A model generated the notes under the pieces. It did no database searches and had not been told where the DNA came from. It was given only the letters and a program-made list of their open reading frames with translations. Shown here in pieces: positions 19,473 through 27,433 of a stretch of 64,000 nt of DNA. The first letter of the stretch is position 1; every line of letters begins with the position of its first letter. Source of the DNA: Gemmatimonadales bacterium (GTDB taxonomy: Bacteria > Gemmatimonadota > Gemmatimonadetes > Gemmatimonadales > GWC2-71-9); the NCBI GenBank assembly GCA_039934355.1, contig JBDTMI010000010.1, positions 15,481 through 79,480 on the forward strand, written 5' to 3'. Both the position numbers and the translations under genes were made by a program.

Positions 19473-20545
19473 GTGAGGTAGGCCTGCGCCAGCTGGCGGT
19501 AGAAGGTCCGCGCCTCCGACACTTCCGGAAGATCGACATACTCATCGGGTGTGTGCGAACGGCGGCTGGTCCCCGGCCCGCACTTGATGGCGTCGCGGTC
19601 ACGCAAGAATACCCAATCGGAACAGGTGGGAGAACCAAACGTCTTTGACCCGGGGCGGAGCCGCCGCGCCAGGGCAAGGAGCCGCGAATCGGCCGGTGTC
19701 TCGCACGGGACCAGGCGGTCCGACGTCACCTGGACCTCGACATCCAGCGCCGCCCCGAGCGCCTCGGCGAGCTCCGCGTGGGTCCAATTCGGTGTGCTGC
19801 GGACATCGAGCACCGCGCGCGCCACCGGCGGCGTGACATTCCGGCTCACGCCCCCCTCGAGCATCGTTGGCGTGGCGGTCGCGACGCCAAGGATCGGGTG
19901 CACCCGGTTCCGGAACAGCTCAGGCAGCTTCGCGACGTTGCGGCTCAGTTCGACGATCGCGTTGGTGAAGTCCGGATTGTCCGCCGCATATCCGGCGTGG
20001 CGCTGCAGGCCGCGGGCCACGAGATCCACCATCATCAGGCCGCGCTGCGCTATGGCGATATCGAGGTTGGTCGGCTCTCCCACGACGGCGGCGTCGATGG
20101 CGCCGAGGCGCTCGACGGCGGTGCCCATCGTCGTATTCCTGGTTTCTTCCTCGTAGCCCAGCACGACCAGCAACCGCCCGCGCGCCGGCCCGCCTGATTC
20201 GGCGAGGTCCCGCGCCGCGATGAGCATGCTCGCGACGGAGGCCTTGGCGTCACCGGAACCGCGGCCGTAGAGCCGGTCGTCCTCCAACGTCGGCTCGAAC
20301 ACCGGGCGGGTCCATCCCTCACCCGCCGGGACGGTATCGAGATGGGAGACGAAAGCGAGTGTCGGCCCGGGAGCGGTGCCAGCGACCGCGATGCTGACGG
20401 CCGCGTCGTCCCGCATCACGCTGAGGCCGGCGTGCCTGGCCCACTCTTCCACCCACCGTGCGATCGTCTCCTCGGTGCCACTCACCGAGTGCAGGGAGAC
20501 CAGGTCACGGAGGAGGACAATTTCAGGTCGCGAGGTCCACTCCAA
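19469..20545 (-). CDS. argE: M20 deacylase of the arginine cluster (ArgE-like; acetylornithine or acetylcitrulline deacetylase)
   Basis: M20 motifs SHLDTVP and GRGSGDAKAS are present. It lies between argB and argH with an ATGA overlap to argH. The TTG start overlaps the argB 3' end by 23 nt. Confidence 0.7.
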   Translation of the reverse strand: MEWTSRPEIVLLRDLVSLHSVSGTEETIARWVEEWARHAGLSVMRDDAAVSIAVAGTAPGPTLAFVSHLDTVPAGEGWTRPVFEPTLEDDRLYGRGSGDAKASVASMLIAARDLAESGGPARGRLLVVLGYEEETRNTTMGTAVERLGAIDAAVVGEPTNLDIAIAQRGLMMVDLVARGLQRHAGYAADNPDFTNAIVELSRNVAKLPELFRNRVHPILGVATATPTMLEGGVSRNVTPPVARAVLDVRSTPNWTHAELAEALGAALDVEVQVTSDRLVPCETPADSRLLALARRLRPGSKTFGSPTCSDWVFLRDRDAIKCGPGTSRRSHTPDEYVDLPEVSEARTFYRQLAQAYLT

Positions 20546-21464
20546 GATAGGTCGCCTTCTCCTTTCGCCCGACGATCATGGTGCCGAACCCCGCACCGGT
20601 GAAGACTTCCAGCAGCAATGAATCCGGTGCGCGTCCATCGATGATGTGGGTCCGCTCGACGCCGCCGGTCGCCGCCCGGATGCAGGCCTCGACCTTGGGG
20701 CGCATGCCGCCGGAGAGACTGCCGCTCTCCATGAGGCTCGCGAGATCATCCGGATCGGCGAAGGTGACGAGACTGGAGGCATCGTTCCGGTCTCGCAGCA
20801 CCCCCGGCGCCCCGGTGAGGAAGATCAGCTTCTGTGCCTTCAGGGCGACGGCCAGCGATTCCGCGACGGTGTCGGCGTTGACGTTGTAGACGTTGCCGTC
20901 GCTGTCACCCGCGAGACTCGCCACCACGGGGACGAAGCGCGCATCCAGCAGCGTGATCAGCACCCGCGGATCGGCCCGGACGATGTCGCCCACATGCCCG
21001 TAGTCCACCGTCCGGCTCACGCCGGCATCGTCCGTGACCATGACCGGCGGGCGACGCTGCGCCGTGAGCAGGTCGCCATCCACACCGGAGAGCCCCACCG
21101 CCTGGATATCATGGGCCCGAAGGGCGGACAGCAGGTTCACGTTGAGCGAGCCGGCGTAGACCATCTTGGCCACTTCAAGCGCCGCGTCGTCCGTGACCCG
21201 CCGTCCGGCCACCATCTGCGGCTCGCTGCCGAGGCGACGGGAGAGGGCGCTCGCCTGGGGCCCGCCGCCATGCACGACGACCACCCGGATGCTGAGTGAC
21301 GAGAGCAGCCCGAGCTGGCCGGCCACACGATGGAGCGCCTCAGCGTCGGCGAGGACGTCGCCGCCGAGCTTGACGACGAAGGTGTGATCCCGATAGGCCC
21401 GCACGTAGCGGAGGGCGCCCTTGAGGCCGGCGATGCCTTTGGTGGTGTCGATGGTCATGAACAC
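20523..21464 (-). CDS. argB: Acetylglutamate kinase
   Basis: FVVKLGGDVL, VVVHGGGPQ and NVNADT are AAK-family ArgB motifs. The start is GTG 21464 or ATG 21458. Confidence 0.9.
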   Translation of the reverse strand: MFMTIDTTKGIAGLKGALRYVRAYRDHTFVVKLGGDVLADAEALHRVAGQLGLLSSLSIRVVVVHGGGPQASALSRRLGSEPQMVAGRRVTDDAALEVAKMVYAGSLNVNLLSALRAHDIQAVGLSGVDGDLLTAQRRPPVMVTDDAGVSRTVDYGHVGDIVRADPRVLITLLDARFVPVVASLAGDSDGNVYNVNADTVAESLAVALKAQKLIFLTGAPGVLRDRNDASSLVTFADPDDLASLMESGSLSGGMRPKVEACIRAATGGVERTHIIDGRAPDSLLLEVFTGAGFGTMIVGRKEKATYLGVDLAT

Positions 21465-21484
21465 GGGTTGTTGAATGGTGGAGA

Positions 21485-21528
21485 GCCGACAGCCATCAGC
21501 CGTCAGCCGTCAGCCGTCAGCCGTCAGC
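21485..21528. repeat. 7-bp tandem array: six units of GCCGTCA (+ strand), equal to TGACGGC on the sense strand
   Basis: The units are gccgaca gccatca gccgtca x4 gc. It fills the argF'-argB spacer, abuts the argF' stop codon and ends 20 nt before the argB start. Confidence 0.9.
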
Positions 21529-22544
21529 TACTTCACGCTCAGCAGTTCCAGAAGCAATGCCCGCTGCACGTGCAGCCGGTTCTCCGCTTCATCCACGATG
21601 ACCGACGACGGGCCGTCAAGCACCGCATCGTCGATCTCCACATTGCGCCGCACCGGCAGGCAATGCATCACTGCCGCCTTGCCTCCGCGCGTCGAGCGGA
21701 GGCGCTGCGCCGTGAGGCGCCAGTCGCGCAGGTCGGCGCGCCCGGCCGCTTCCGCCACCGGGTCTCCGAAGTGCTTGAGCGAGCCCCACGACTTCACGTA
21801 GACGACGTCGGCCCCCACCACCGCTTCGTCCGGGTCCGGAATGATGTGCACGAACTCGCCACCCTGCGCCTGCGCGATCTTGCGGATGAGCGCCGTATCC
21901 TCGGGATCGAGTTCGTACCCTTCCGGTCGCGCGATCACGACCTCCATTCCAAGATGCGCCGCGGCCAGCGCCGCACTGGCGGGCACCGCAGTCGGCAGGG
22001 CCTTGGGATGCCAGGCCCACATCAGCACGAATCGCTTCCCCTGTGGCTGGCCGAGCTTCTCCCTCATGGTCAGCGCATCGGCGAGCTGCTGGCAGGGATG
22101 CCGGCGCACCGACTCCATGTTGATCACCGGCTTTTCACAATAGCTGGCGAAGTCGCGCACCACGCGATCCTCTCGAGCCTCGGCCCAGCTCCCGCCGCGG
22201 GGAAACGAGCGGATGCCGACGACGTCGGCATAGCGTCCCAGCACCTGCGCCGCATCCCGGATATGCTCGACCGTTGTTCCGTCCATCACGGCCCCCGGCT
22301 TGGTCTCGAGGGTCCAGCTGCTGCGTCCCGGCTCCAGCACGATTCCGTGGCCCCCATGGAGAAACATGGCGGTCTCGAAGCTGGTCCGGGTGCGCATGCT
22401 CGGATCCAGGAATACCATCGCCATGACCTTGCGCTCGAGGCCGCCGAGGACCTCGCCGCGCTTGATCTTCGCCGCGAGCAGCAGCAGGGCATCGATGTCG
22501 GCGGAGGTCCAGTCCTCGACGGTGATGAAGTCCCGTTTGGTCAT
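21528..22544 (-). CDS. argF: N-acyl-L-ornithine carbamoyltransferase (AOTCase/SOTCase type, argF')
   Basis: It has SMRTRTSFE in place of the OTCase STRTR, HPCQ and HCLP motifs. The N-terminal FITVEDW...AAKIK pattern is typical of acetyl/succinyl-ornithine transcarbamylases. Confidence 0.8.
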   Translation of the reverse strand: MTKRDFITVEDWTSADIDALLLLAAKIKRGEVLGGLERKVMAMVFLDPSMRTRTSFETAMFLHGGHGIVLEPGRSSWTLETKPGAVMDGTTVEHIRDAAQVLGRYADVVGIRSFPRGGSWAEAREDRVVRDFASYCEKPVINMESVRRHPCQQLADALTMREKLGQPQGKRFVLMWAWHPKALPTAVPASAALAAAHLGMEVVIARPEGYELDPEDTALIRKIAQAQGGEFVHIIPDPDEAVVGADVVYVKSWGSLKHFGDPVAEAAGRADLRDWRLTAQRLRSTRGGKAAVMHCLPVRRNVEIDDAVLDGPSSVIVDEAENRLHVQRALLLELLSVK

Positions 22545-23704
22545 GCCAGCACCTCCGCGAGTGCCGCGAGCAGGAGATCGGCCTCCTGGCGCGAAAAGGT
22601 CAGCGGCGGCAGCAGGCGCAGGATCGCCGGGTCCGCCGCCGTGCCGGTGAGGATACGATGCCCGAACAGCGCCCGCTGCACCTCGGCCGCGGGCCGCGCG
22701 AGACGGAGGCCCAGGAGCAGACCTCGGCCCTGCACGTCGATCACCTTCGCCGGGCCGAGCTGCCGCGCGCCGGTGGTGAGGTACGATCCGACGTCACGCA
22801 CATTCGCCAGCAGTCCTTCATCCTCGAGGACATCCAGTGTGGCGAGCGCCGCCGCGCAGGGCACCGGGCCACCGCCGAATGTGCTGCCGAGATCTCCGGT
22901 CGTGATGGTGGCGGTGACCGCGTCGGAGGCGACGACCGCGCCGATCGGCATGCCGGACGCCAGTCCCTTCGCGAAGGTGATGATGTCCGGGACGACGCCG
23001 AAGGTTTCCGCCGCGGTGAAGTGCCCGGTCCGCCCCACGCCGCACTGCACCTCATCGTAGATCAGCACGACGCCGTGCTCGGTGCAGAGCTCCCGGATGC
23101 GGCGCAGAAAGGCCGGATCACACTCCCGGGCACCGGCCATTCCCTGCACCGGCTCAAGAATCACGGCGGCGACCGCGGGATTGATGGCGCGCTCCAGTCC
23201 CTCGAGGCGGTTGAACGGGACCTTGTGACTCAGCGGCATCCCAGCCCGCAACGCGCCCTCCTCATATTTGGCGCCATCTGTCACCGCGAGACAGGCGACG
23301 GTACGACCGTGCCAGCCGCCCTGCAGCGAGACCATCGGCTTGCGCCCGGTATGCTTGCGGGCGAGATGCATGGCGTTCTCGTTCGCTTCCGCGCCGGAAT
23401 TGCAGAAGAAGGCGCGCGACAGCGGCGCGGGACACTGGTCGACGAGGCGCACCGCCAGTCGCTCACGATTGGGGTGCGGCACCGCGGTCGAGTAGAACAG
23501 CAGCCTCGCTGCCTGCTCGGCGACGGCCCGGACGACGGCCGGGTGCGAATGTCCGGTGGAGGAGACGGCGTGTCCTCCGTAGGCGTCCAACCATCGCTCT
23601 CCGGCATCATCAACCAGCCAGGACCCCCGGCCCGAGACCGGCCGCACCGGGAACTGGGCATATACCGGCAGCAATGCGGAGGCTTGCGCAGCGATCTCAG
23701 GCAT
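22541..23704 (-). CDS. argD: Acetylornithine aminotransferase (class-III PLP)
   Basis: It has GGHAVSSTGHSHP, a DEVQCGVGRTG-type motif and TFAKGLASG with the PLP lysine. I prefer the ATG at 23704 (MPEIAAQ), which has a GGAG RBS. Confidence 0.85.
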   Translation of the reverse strand: MPEIAAQASALLPVYAQFPVRPVSGRGSWLVDDAGERWLDAYGGHAVSSTGHSHPAVVRAVAEQAARLLFYSTAVPHPNRERLAVRLVDQCPAPLSRAFFCNSGAEANENAMHLARKHTGRKPMVSLQGGWHGRTVACLAVTDGAKYEEGALRAGMPLSHKVPFNRLEGLERAINPAVAAVILEPVQGMAGARECDPAFLRRIRELCTEHGVVLIYDEVQCGVGRTGHFTAAETFGVVPDIITFAKGLASGMPIGAVVASDAVTATITTGDLGSTFGGGPVPCAAALATLDVLEDEGLLANVRDVGSYLTTGARQLGPAKVIDVQGRGLLLGLRLARPAAEVQRALFGHRILTGTAADPAILRLLPPLTFSRQEADLLLAALAEVLA

Positions 23705-23722
23705 CCGTCGCACTCCAAAGAA

Positions 23723-23764
23723 GCCTTCAGCGTTCAGCATTCAGCCGTCAGCCGTCAGCCGTTA
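23723..23764. repeat. 7-bp tandem array, about six degenerate units of GCCGTCA
   Basis: The units are gccttca gcgttca gcattca gccgtca gccgtca gccgtta. It ends 18 nt upstream of the argD start. Confidence 0.85.
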
Positions 23765-23770
23765 ATTCAG

Positions 23771-23879
23771 GCTGTCATCCTGAGGGAGCGCAGCGACCGA
23801 AGGATCTCTTGGACCCGGAGCCAGACTCAGGGATCGGCTCCGAGACAAAGAGATCCTTCGCTGCGCTCAGGATGACAGC
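23771..23879. repeat. Palindromic intergenic element (GCTGTCATCCTGAG...CGAAGGATCTC and its inverse), REP/MITE-like
   Basis: The left arm is 23771-23808 and the right arm is 23850-23879, the reverse complement of the left arm with an 8-nt indel. A nested stem cggagcc/ggctccg sits in the loop. A second copy lies at 45998-46157. Confidence 0.85.
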
Positions 23880-23966
23880 AAATCCTGATATGTACGTCCC
23901 GCCGTTCTCCCGCCCACCCGCCCAACCGCCTAGCCGCCCAATCGCCACCGTCATCTCGATCCCAAC

Positions 23967-25007
23967 TCAGACCGGAAAGATCCCCCCAAACCCCAGTCCC
24001 GCTGTCTCCGGCAATCCCAGCGCAAGGTTCATCGCCTGGACCGCCTGCCCCCCGGCGCCCTTCACCAGGTTGTCGATGACCACCATCACCTGGGCTTCCC
24101 GCCCGTCAGTGGACTGCGCCACATGGATCAGGGCGTAGTTGGTGCCGACGACGTGCGTGAGCTCGGGGGGCTGATCGACGATCCGCACAAAGGGGCGGTT
24201 CTCATACGCCTTCCGAAAACTGCTGCCGAGGTCGGGGTGGATCGCGGCAGGAAGCCCAAGCTCGACGTGCATCGTCAGGTGAATGCCGCGCACGAATGGA
24301 CCGGAGTGCGTCATCAGTCGCGCGCGTGCGTCCCGTCGGCCGGTCCAGCCGCGCCAGCGCTGCAGGATCTCCGCCTCGTGCCGGTGGCCCAGCACGGAGT
24401 AGGCAAAGAAGTTATTCGCCCGCGCGGGATGGTGCGTCGTCGGCTTGGGGTGCACGCCGCTGCCACTCGAACCGGTGACGGCGAACAGGACCGGTATGAC
24501 ATTGAGGTCGGCCTGCGACAGCGGCCACAGGGCGAGTTGCGCCGCCGTCGCGAAGCAGCCCGGCACGGCGAGCGCCGTCCTGCCAAGCAGACTGGTGCCC
24601 AGCACATCGGCCAGCGCATACGTGAACTGCGGTACCACCTCCGGCGACGGATGGGCACCGTAATACCGACTGTACAGCTCGAGATCGCTGATCCGGAAGT
24701 CGGCCGCAAGATCGAGCACCAGCCGGGGACTGGCCGCCAGGACTTCGCCCGCCACCTTGCCTGACTCGCCATGCTCCAGCGCAAGGAATACCACATCCGC
24801 CTCCTGGGCCGCCTCCGCTGGCGTGGCCCCGGAAAACCGTACATCGGTGAGCAGCGCGAGCGCCGGATGGACCTCGCCGATCGGCACACCCGCCTTGCTC
24901 CGACTGGTCGCCACCAGTCCCGAGACTTCGGGATGCAGGAGCAGGAGGCGGAGCAGCTCGCCACCGGCGTAGCCGGCCGCGCCAATGACGGCGACGCGCA
25001 GAGTCAT
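23967..25007 (-). CDS. argC: N-acetyl-gamma-glutamyl-phosphate reductase
   Basis: MTLRVAVIGAAGYAGGELLRLL is at the N-terminus. The active-site region is VPGCFATA. The ORF-track extension to 25145 was trimmed to the ATG at 25007. Confidence 0.9.
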   Translation of the reverse strand: MTLRVAVIGAAGYAGGELLRLLLLHPEVSGLVATSRSKAGVPIGEVHPALALLTDVRFSGATPAEAAQEADVVFLALEHGESGKVAGEVLAASPRLVLDLAADFRISDLELYSRYYGAHPSPEVVPQFTYALADVLGTSLLGRTALAVPGCFATAAQLALWPLSQADLNVIPVLFAVTGSSGSGVHPKPTTHHPARANNFFAYSVLGHRHEAEILQRWRGWTGRRDARARLMTHSGPFVRGIHLTMHVELGLPAAIHPDLGSSFRKAYENRPFVRIVDQPPELTHVVGTNYALIHVAQSTDGREAQVMVVIDNLVKGAGGQAVQAMNLALGLPETAGLGFGGIFPV

Positions 25008-25041
25008 CCAGTGTCCACGGGGAGCATTCGGGATTCGGTGG

Positions 25042-26139
25042 TCAGCGCGCCGCCGCGACGAGCTGACGACTGTCGGCCGCGGCGACATGCTGGTCCAGGG
25101 CGGCCCGCACAACGGCGACCAGGCCATCGGCATCACGGAGTGCATTGTGGGAGGCGAGACCCAGTTCCTTCCGGATGTAGTCGCGACCGACCTCGTTGTC
25201 GGTGGCGGGACCGGTGAGCACCGTGACCGGCAACTGGAACAGGTCCCGCATCAGCGTGACCGCGCCCCAGCACCCGACCGGATCGGGTGCCGCCATGACA
25301 TAGGCCGCCCCCACCCCGGTCAATTCCACATCCTTGAGGATATCCTGGACGCCATACTCGCCCAGAATGCCGTCGCCCAGCTCCGCGAGAATCACGTCCG
25401 GCCTGGACGCGGCCAGCCGGTTGAAGATGCCCTTGGCGGCCGTGACGGTCAGGCCGGGGCGCGTCGTGGCGATGCCGATGTCATTGAACGTCAGCGCGGC
25501 CACGGCACCGGCATCGAGCATGGAGAGGGCATCACGCATGAGCGATACACCGGTCAGCTTGGACGCCGCGACGCGCAGCCCCGAGCGGGTCAGTCCCCGC
25601 ACGAGTTCCGTCGCCGCGACCGTCTTGCCGGCGTTCATGCAGGTCCCCGCCACATAGACTACCGGAATCTGCTGCTCCAGGCGCTCGGCCACCGGCACGG
25701 CCTGATCGCGGATGTGGGCCGGTCGGCCGACGCGGTCACCCAGCTCGGGAAAGGCGAGGATGGCGCCGAGCACTTCGGCCGCGAACGGCGCACCGTTTTC
25801 TGGTGTCGCCGATGTGCACTTGCCAAGAATGCCGCCGAGGTTCAGCACCTCGATGGTGTCGCCGACGCTGATGGCACTTGGCACCACGCCCGCATAGCCC
25901 CGGAGGGCGCGGCGGTGACCGAGGGTGCCGGCGAGCACATCACCCGCGCGGAGCGCGACCATGCGCCCGGTGCGGTCCTCGACGGTATTGTAGCTCAACT
26001 TGTCATGCAGGATGCGCACGGCGAGCACAAAGCCTTCGGCGGCGATGATCTCGTCGCCCACAATGACTTCACTGGGCAGTTGCGCATTCCGGGTGCTCGA
26101 GGAGATGCGATCGAGACGGATGCGGGTGGTCTTGACCAT
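25042..26139 (-). CDS. Uncharacterised protein with GTxxxxGKT P-loop (DTBS/CobQ/Pta-N/DUF1611-like), embedded in the arg operon
   Basis: 365-aa ORF on the operon strand, with a GGGAGG RBS 6 nt before the ATG. Motifs are VYVAGTCMNAGKTVAATELV and AELGDGILGEYG. The N-terminal ~150 aa show no motif I recognise. Confidence 0.75.
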   Translation of the reverse strand: MVKTTRIRLDRISSSTRNAQLPSEVIVGDEIIAAEGFVLAVRILHDKLSYNTVEDRTGRMVALRAGDVLAGTLGHRRALRGYAGVVPSAISVGDTIEVLNLGGILGKCTSATPENGAPFAAEVLGAILAFPELGDRVGRPAHIRDQAVPVAERLEQQIPVVYVAGTCMNAGKTVAATELVRGLTRSGLRVAASKLTGVSLMRDALSMLDAGAVAALTFNDIGIATTRPGLTVTAAKGIFNRLAASRPDVILAELGDGILGEYGVQDILKDVELTGVGAAYVMAAPDPVGCWGAVTLMRDLFQLPVTVLTGPATDNEVGRDYIRKELGLASHNALRDADGLVAVVRAALDQHVAAADSRQLVAAAR

Positions 26140-26173
26140 GACACCTCCCCTGACTCAAGTTGGGAAGTGCGGG

Positions 26174-26217
26174 GTCAGGAGTGAGGAGGAAAAACGCTTT
26201 TCCTCCTCACTCCTGAC
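26174..26217. other. Perfect 20-bp stem / 4-nt loop hairpin in the argG-to-unknown-gene spacer
   Basis: The sequence is gtcaggagtgaggaggaaaa-acgc-ttttcctcctcactcctgac. No U-tract follows it on the operon (minus) strand. Confidence 0.85.
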
Positions 26218-26227
26218 TCCTCACTCT

Positions 26228-27415
26228 CTACGGCTTTCCGCCAGCAACTTTGTTCGCCAGCAGCTCCGGCACCGCCGATACCCGGCTGAATGCCCGCGCC
26301 TCTGCCCCGCTCCACAGCCGATTTTCCTCGCCGTACGTGGCGACACTGCGATCCATCATTGAAAACGGGCTGCGGGTGCCGACCACATGGAAACGACCGG
26401 AGGCCAGCAGAATTCTGGTCTCACCGCTCACCCGCTGCTGGCTGCTGGTCAACAGCGCCTCGATGTCCCGCAGGGCCGGATCGAAGTAATGCCCCTCGTG
26501 CAGCCGGTCGCCGTAAAACGTGGCGAGCTGGTCCTTCCAAAAAGCCTGCCACTTGGTCAGCACCAGCTTCTCCAACTCGCGATGCGCCGCAATCAGCATC
26601 AGCGCCGCTCCCGCCTCGAACCCGATCCGGCCCTTGATGCCGAGCGCCGTTTCTCCGACGTGAATGCCCCGACCAATGCCATATTGCTCGGCACGGTCAC
26701 CCAAAAGGCGGATGAGTTCGGGGCCCTGCGCGACGGCGCCGTCGAGCTGAACCGGCACACCTTGTTCCCATCCGATCACGAGCTCTTTCGGGGCCGGTGC
26801 GTCCGTCGGCGGATGCAGCAGCTCCGCGGGCGGTCCGGCCCAGGTGTCGTGGGTCCAGCCTCCACCCCACGTGGTGCCCCACAGGCCGCGATTAATGGAA
26901 TAGGCGCCAGCCTTGGGCGGGACCGGCAACGAGCGCTGTTCCAGATAGGTGATGGCCCACTCGCGCTGAATACCTTCGTCCCGGATGGGCGTGATCACCT
27001 CGAGTTCCGGTGCGAGCACCCGAAAGGCGATATCGAACCGCACCTGGTCGTTGCCCGCGCCGGTAGAGCCATGGGCGACGGCCGTCGCCCCGATCTGCCG
27101 CGCCACGTCGATGACGGACAGGGCCTGCTGGGTGCGCTCCGCCGCAACCGAGAGGGGATACACCTGCCCGCGCAGCACGTTGCCGTGGATGAGGAAGCGG
27201 ACGAAGCGATCGAACACCGCCTGACGCGCATCGACGGTGTGGTGCTGGGCCGACCCGACCGCCGCCGCCTGCCGGGCGATCAGCTCGAGCTCGGCGGGTG
27301 TAGACCCGCCGGTATTCACGTAGACGGTGTGGACGGTCCAGCCCCGCTCGGCGAGAAAAGGCACGCACAGGGAGGTATCGAGTCCGCCGGAGAAGGCGAG
27401 GGCGAGAGTCGGCAT
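26228..27415 (-). CDS. argG: Argininosuccinate synthase
   Basis: ALAFSGGLDTS is the PP-loop. GSTGAGNDQVRF is the signature. Confidence 0.9.
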   Translation of the reverse strand: MPTLALAFSGGLDTSLCVPFLAERGWTVHTVYVNTGGSTPAELELIARQAAAVGSAQHHTVDARQAVFDRFVRFLIHGNVLRGQVYPLSVAAERTQQALSVIDVARQIGATAVAHGSTGAGNDQVRFDIAFRVLAPELEVITPIRDEGIQREWAITYLEQRSLPVPPKAGAYSINRGLWGTTWGGGWTHDTWAGPPAELLHPPTDAPAPKELVIGWEQGVPVQLDGAVAQGPELIRLLGDRAEQYGIGRGIHVGETALGIKGRIGFEAGAALMLIAAHRELEKLVLTKWQAFWKDQLATFYGDRLHEGHYFDPALRDIEALLTSSQQRVSGETRILLASGRFHVVGTRSPFSMMDRSVATYGEENRLWSGAEARAFSRVSAVPELLANKVAGGKP

Positions 27416-27433
27416 AAGTCATAAATATGCAAT
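27416..27433 (-). promoter_or_regulatory. Candidate ARG box (ArgR operator) abutting the argG start codon
   Basis: The sense strand ATTGCATATTTATGACTT matches about 14/18 positions of WNTGAATWWWWATTCANW. It is the only AT-rich patch in the argG upstream region. Confidence 0.3.

Noticed and set aside
21485-21528. Possibility that the short tandem arrays are CRISPR repeats
   Set aside because: The units are 7 bp and contiguous with no spacers. No cas genes are in the window.
21330-23060. 576-aa plus-strand ORF
   Set aside because: It lies entirely antisense to argF' and argD, which carry clear family motifs. Its translation is Arg/Gly/His/Pro-rich low-complexity sequence, typical of shadow ORFs in high-GC DNA.
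24985-26184. 399-aa plus-strand ORF opposite the unknown P-loop gene
   Set aside because: The minus-strand ORF has a P-loop motif, a GGGAGG RBS and the operon orientation. The plus-strand translation is Arg/Gly/Asp/His-rich with no motif, so it is a shadow ORF.
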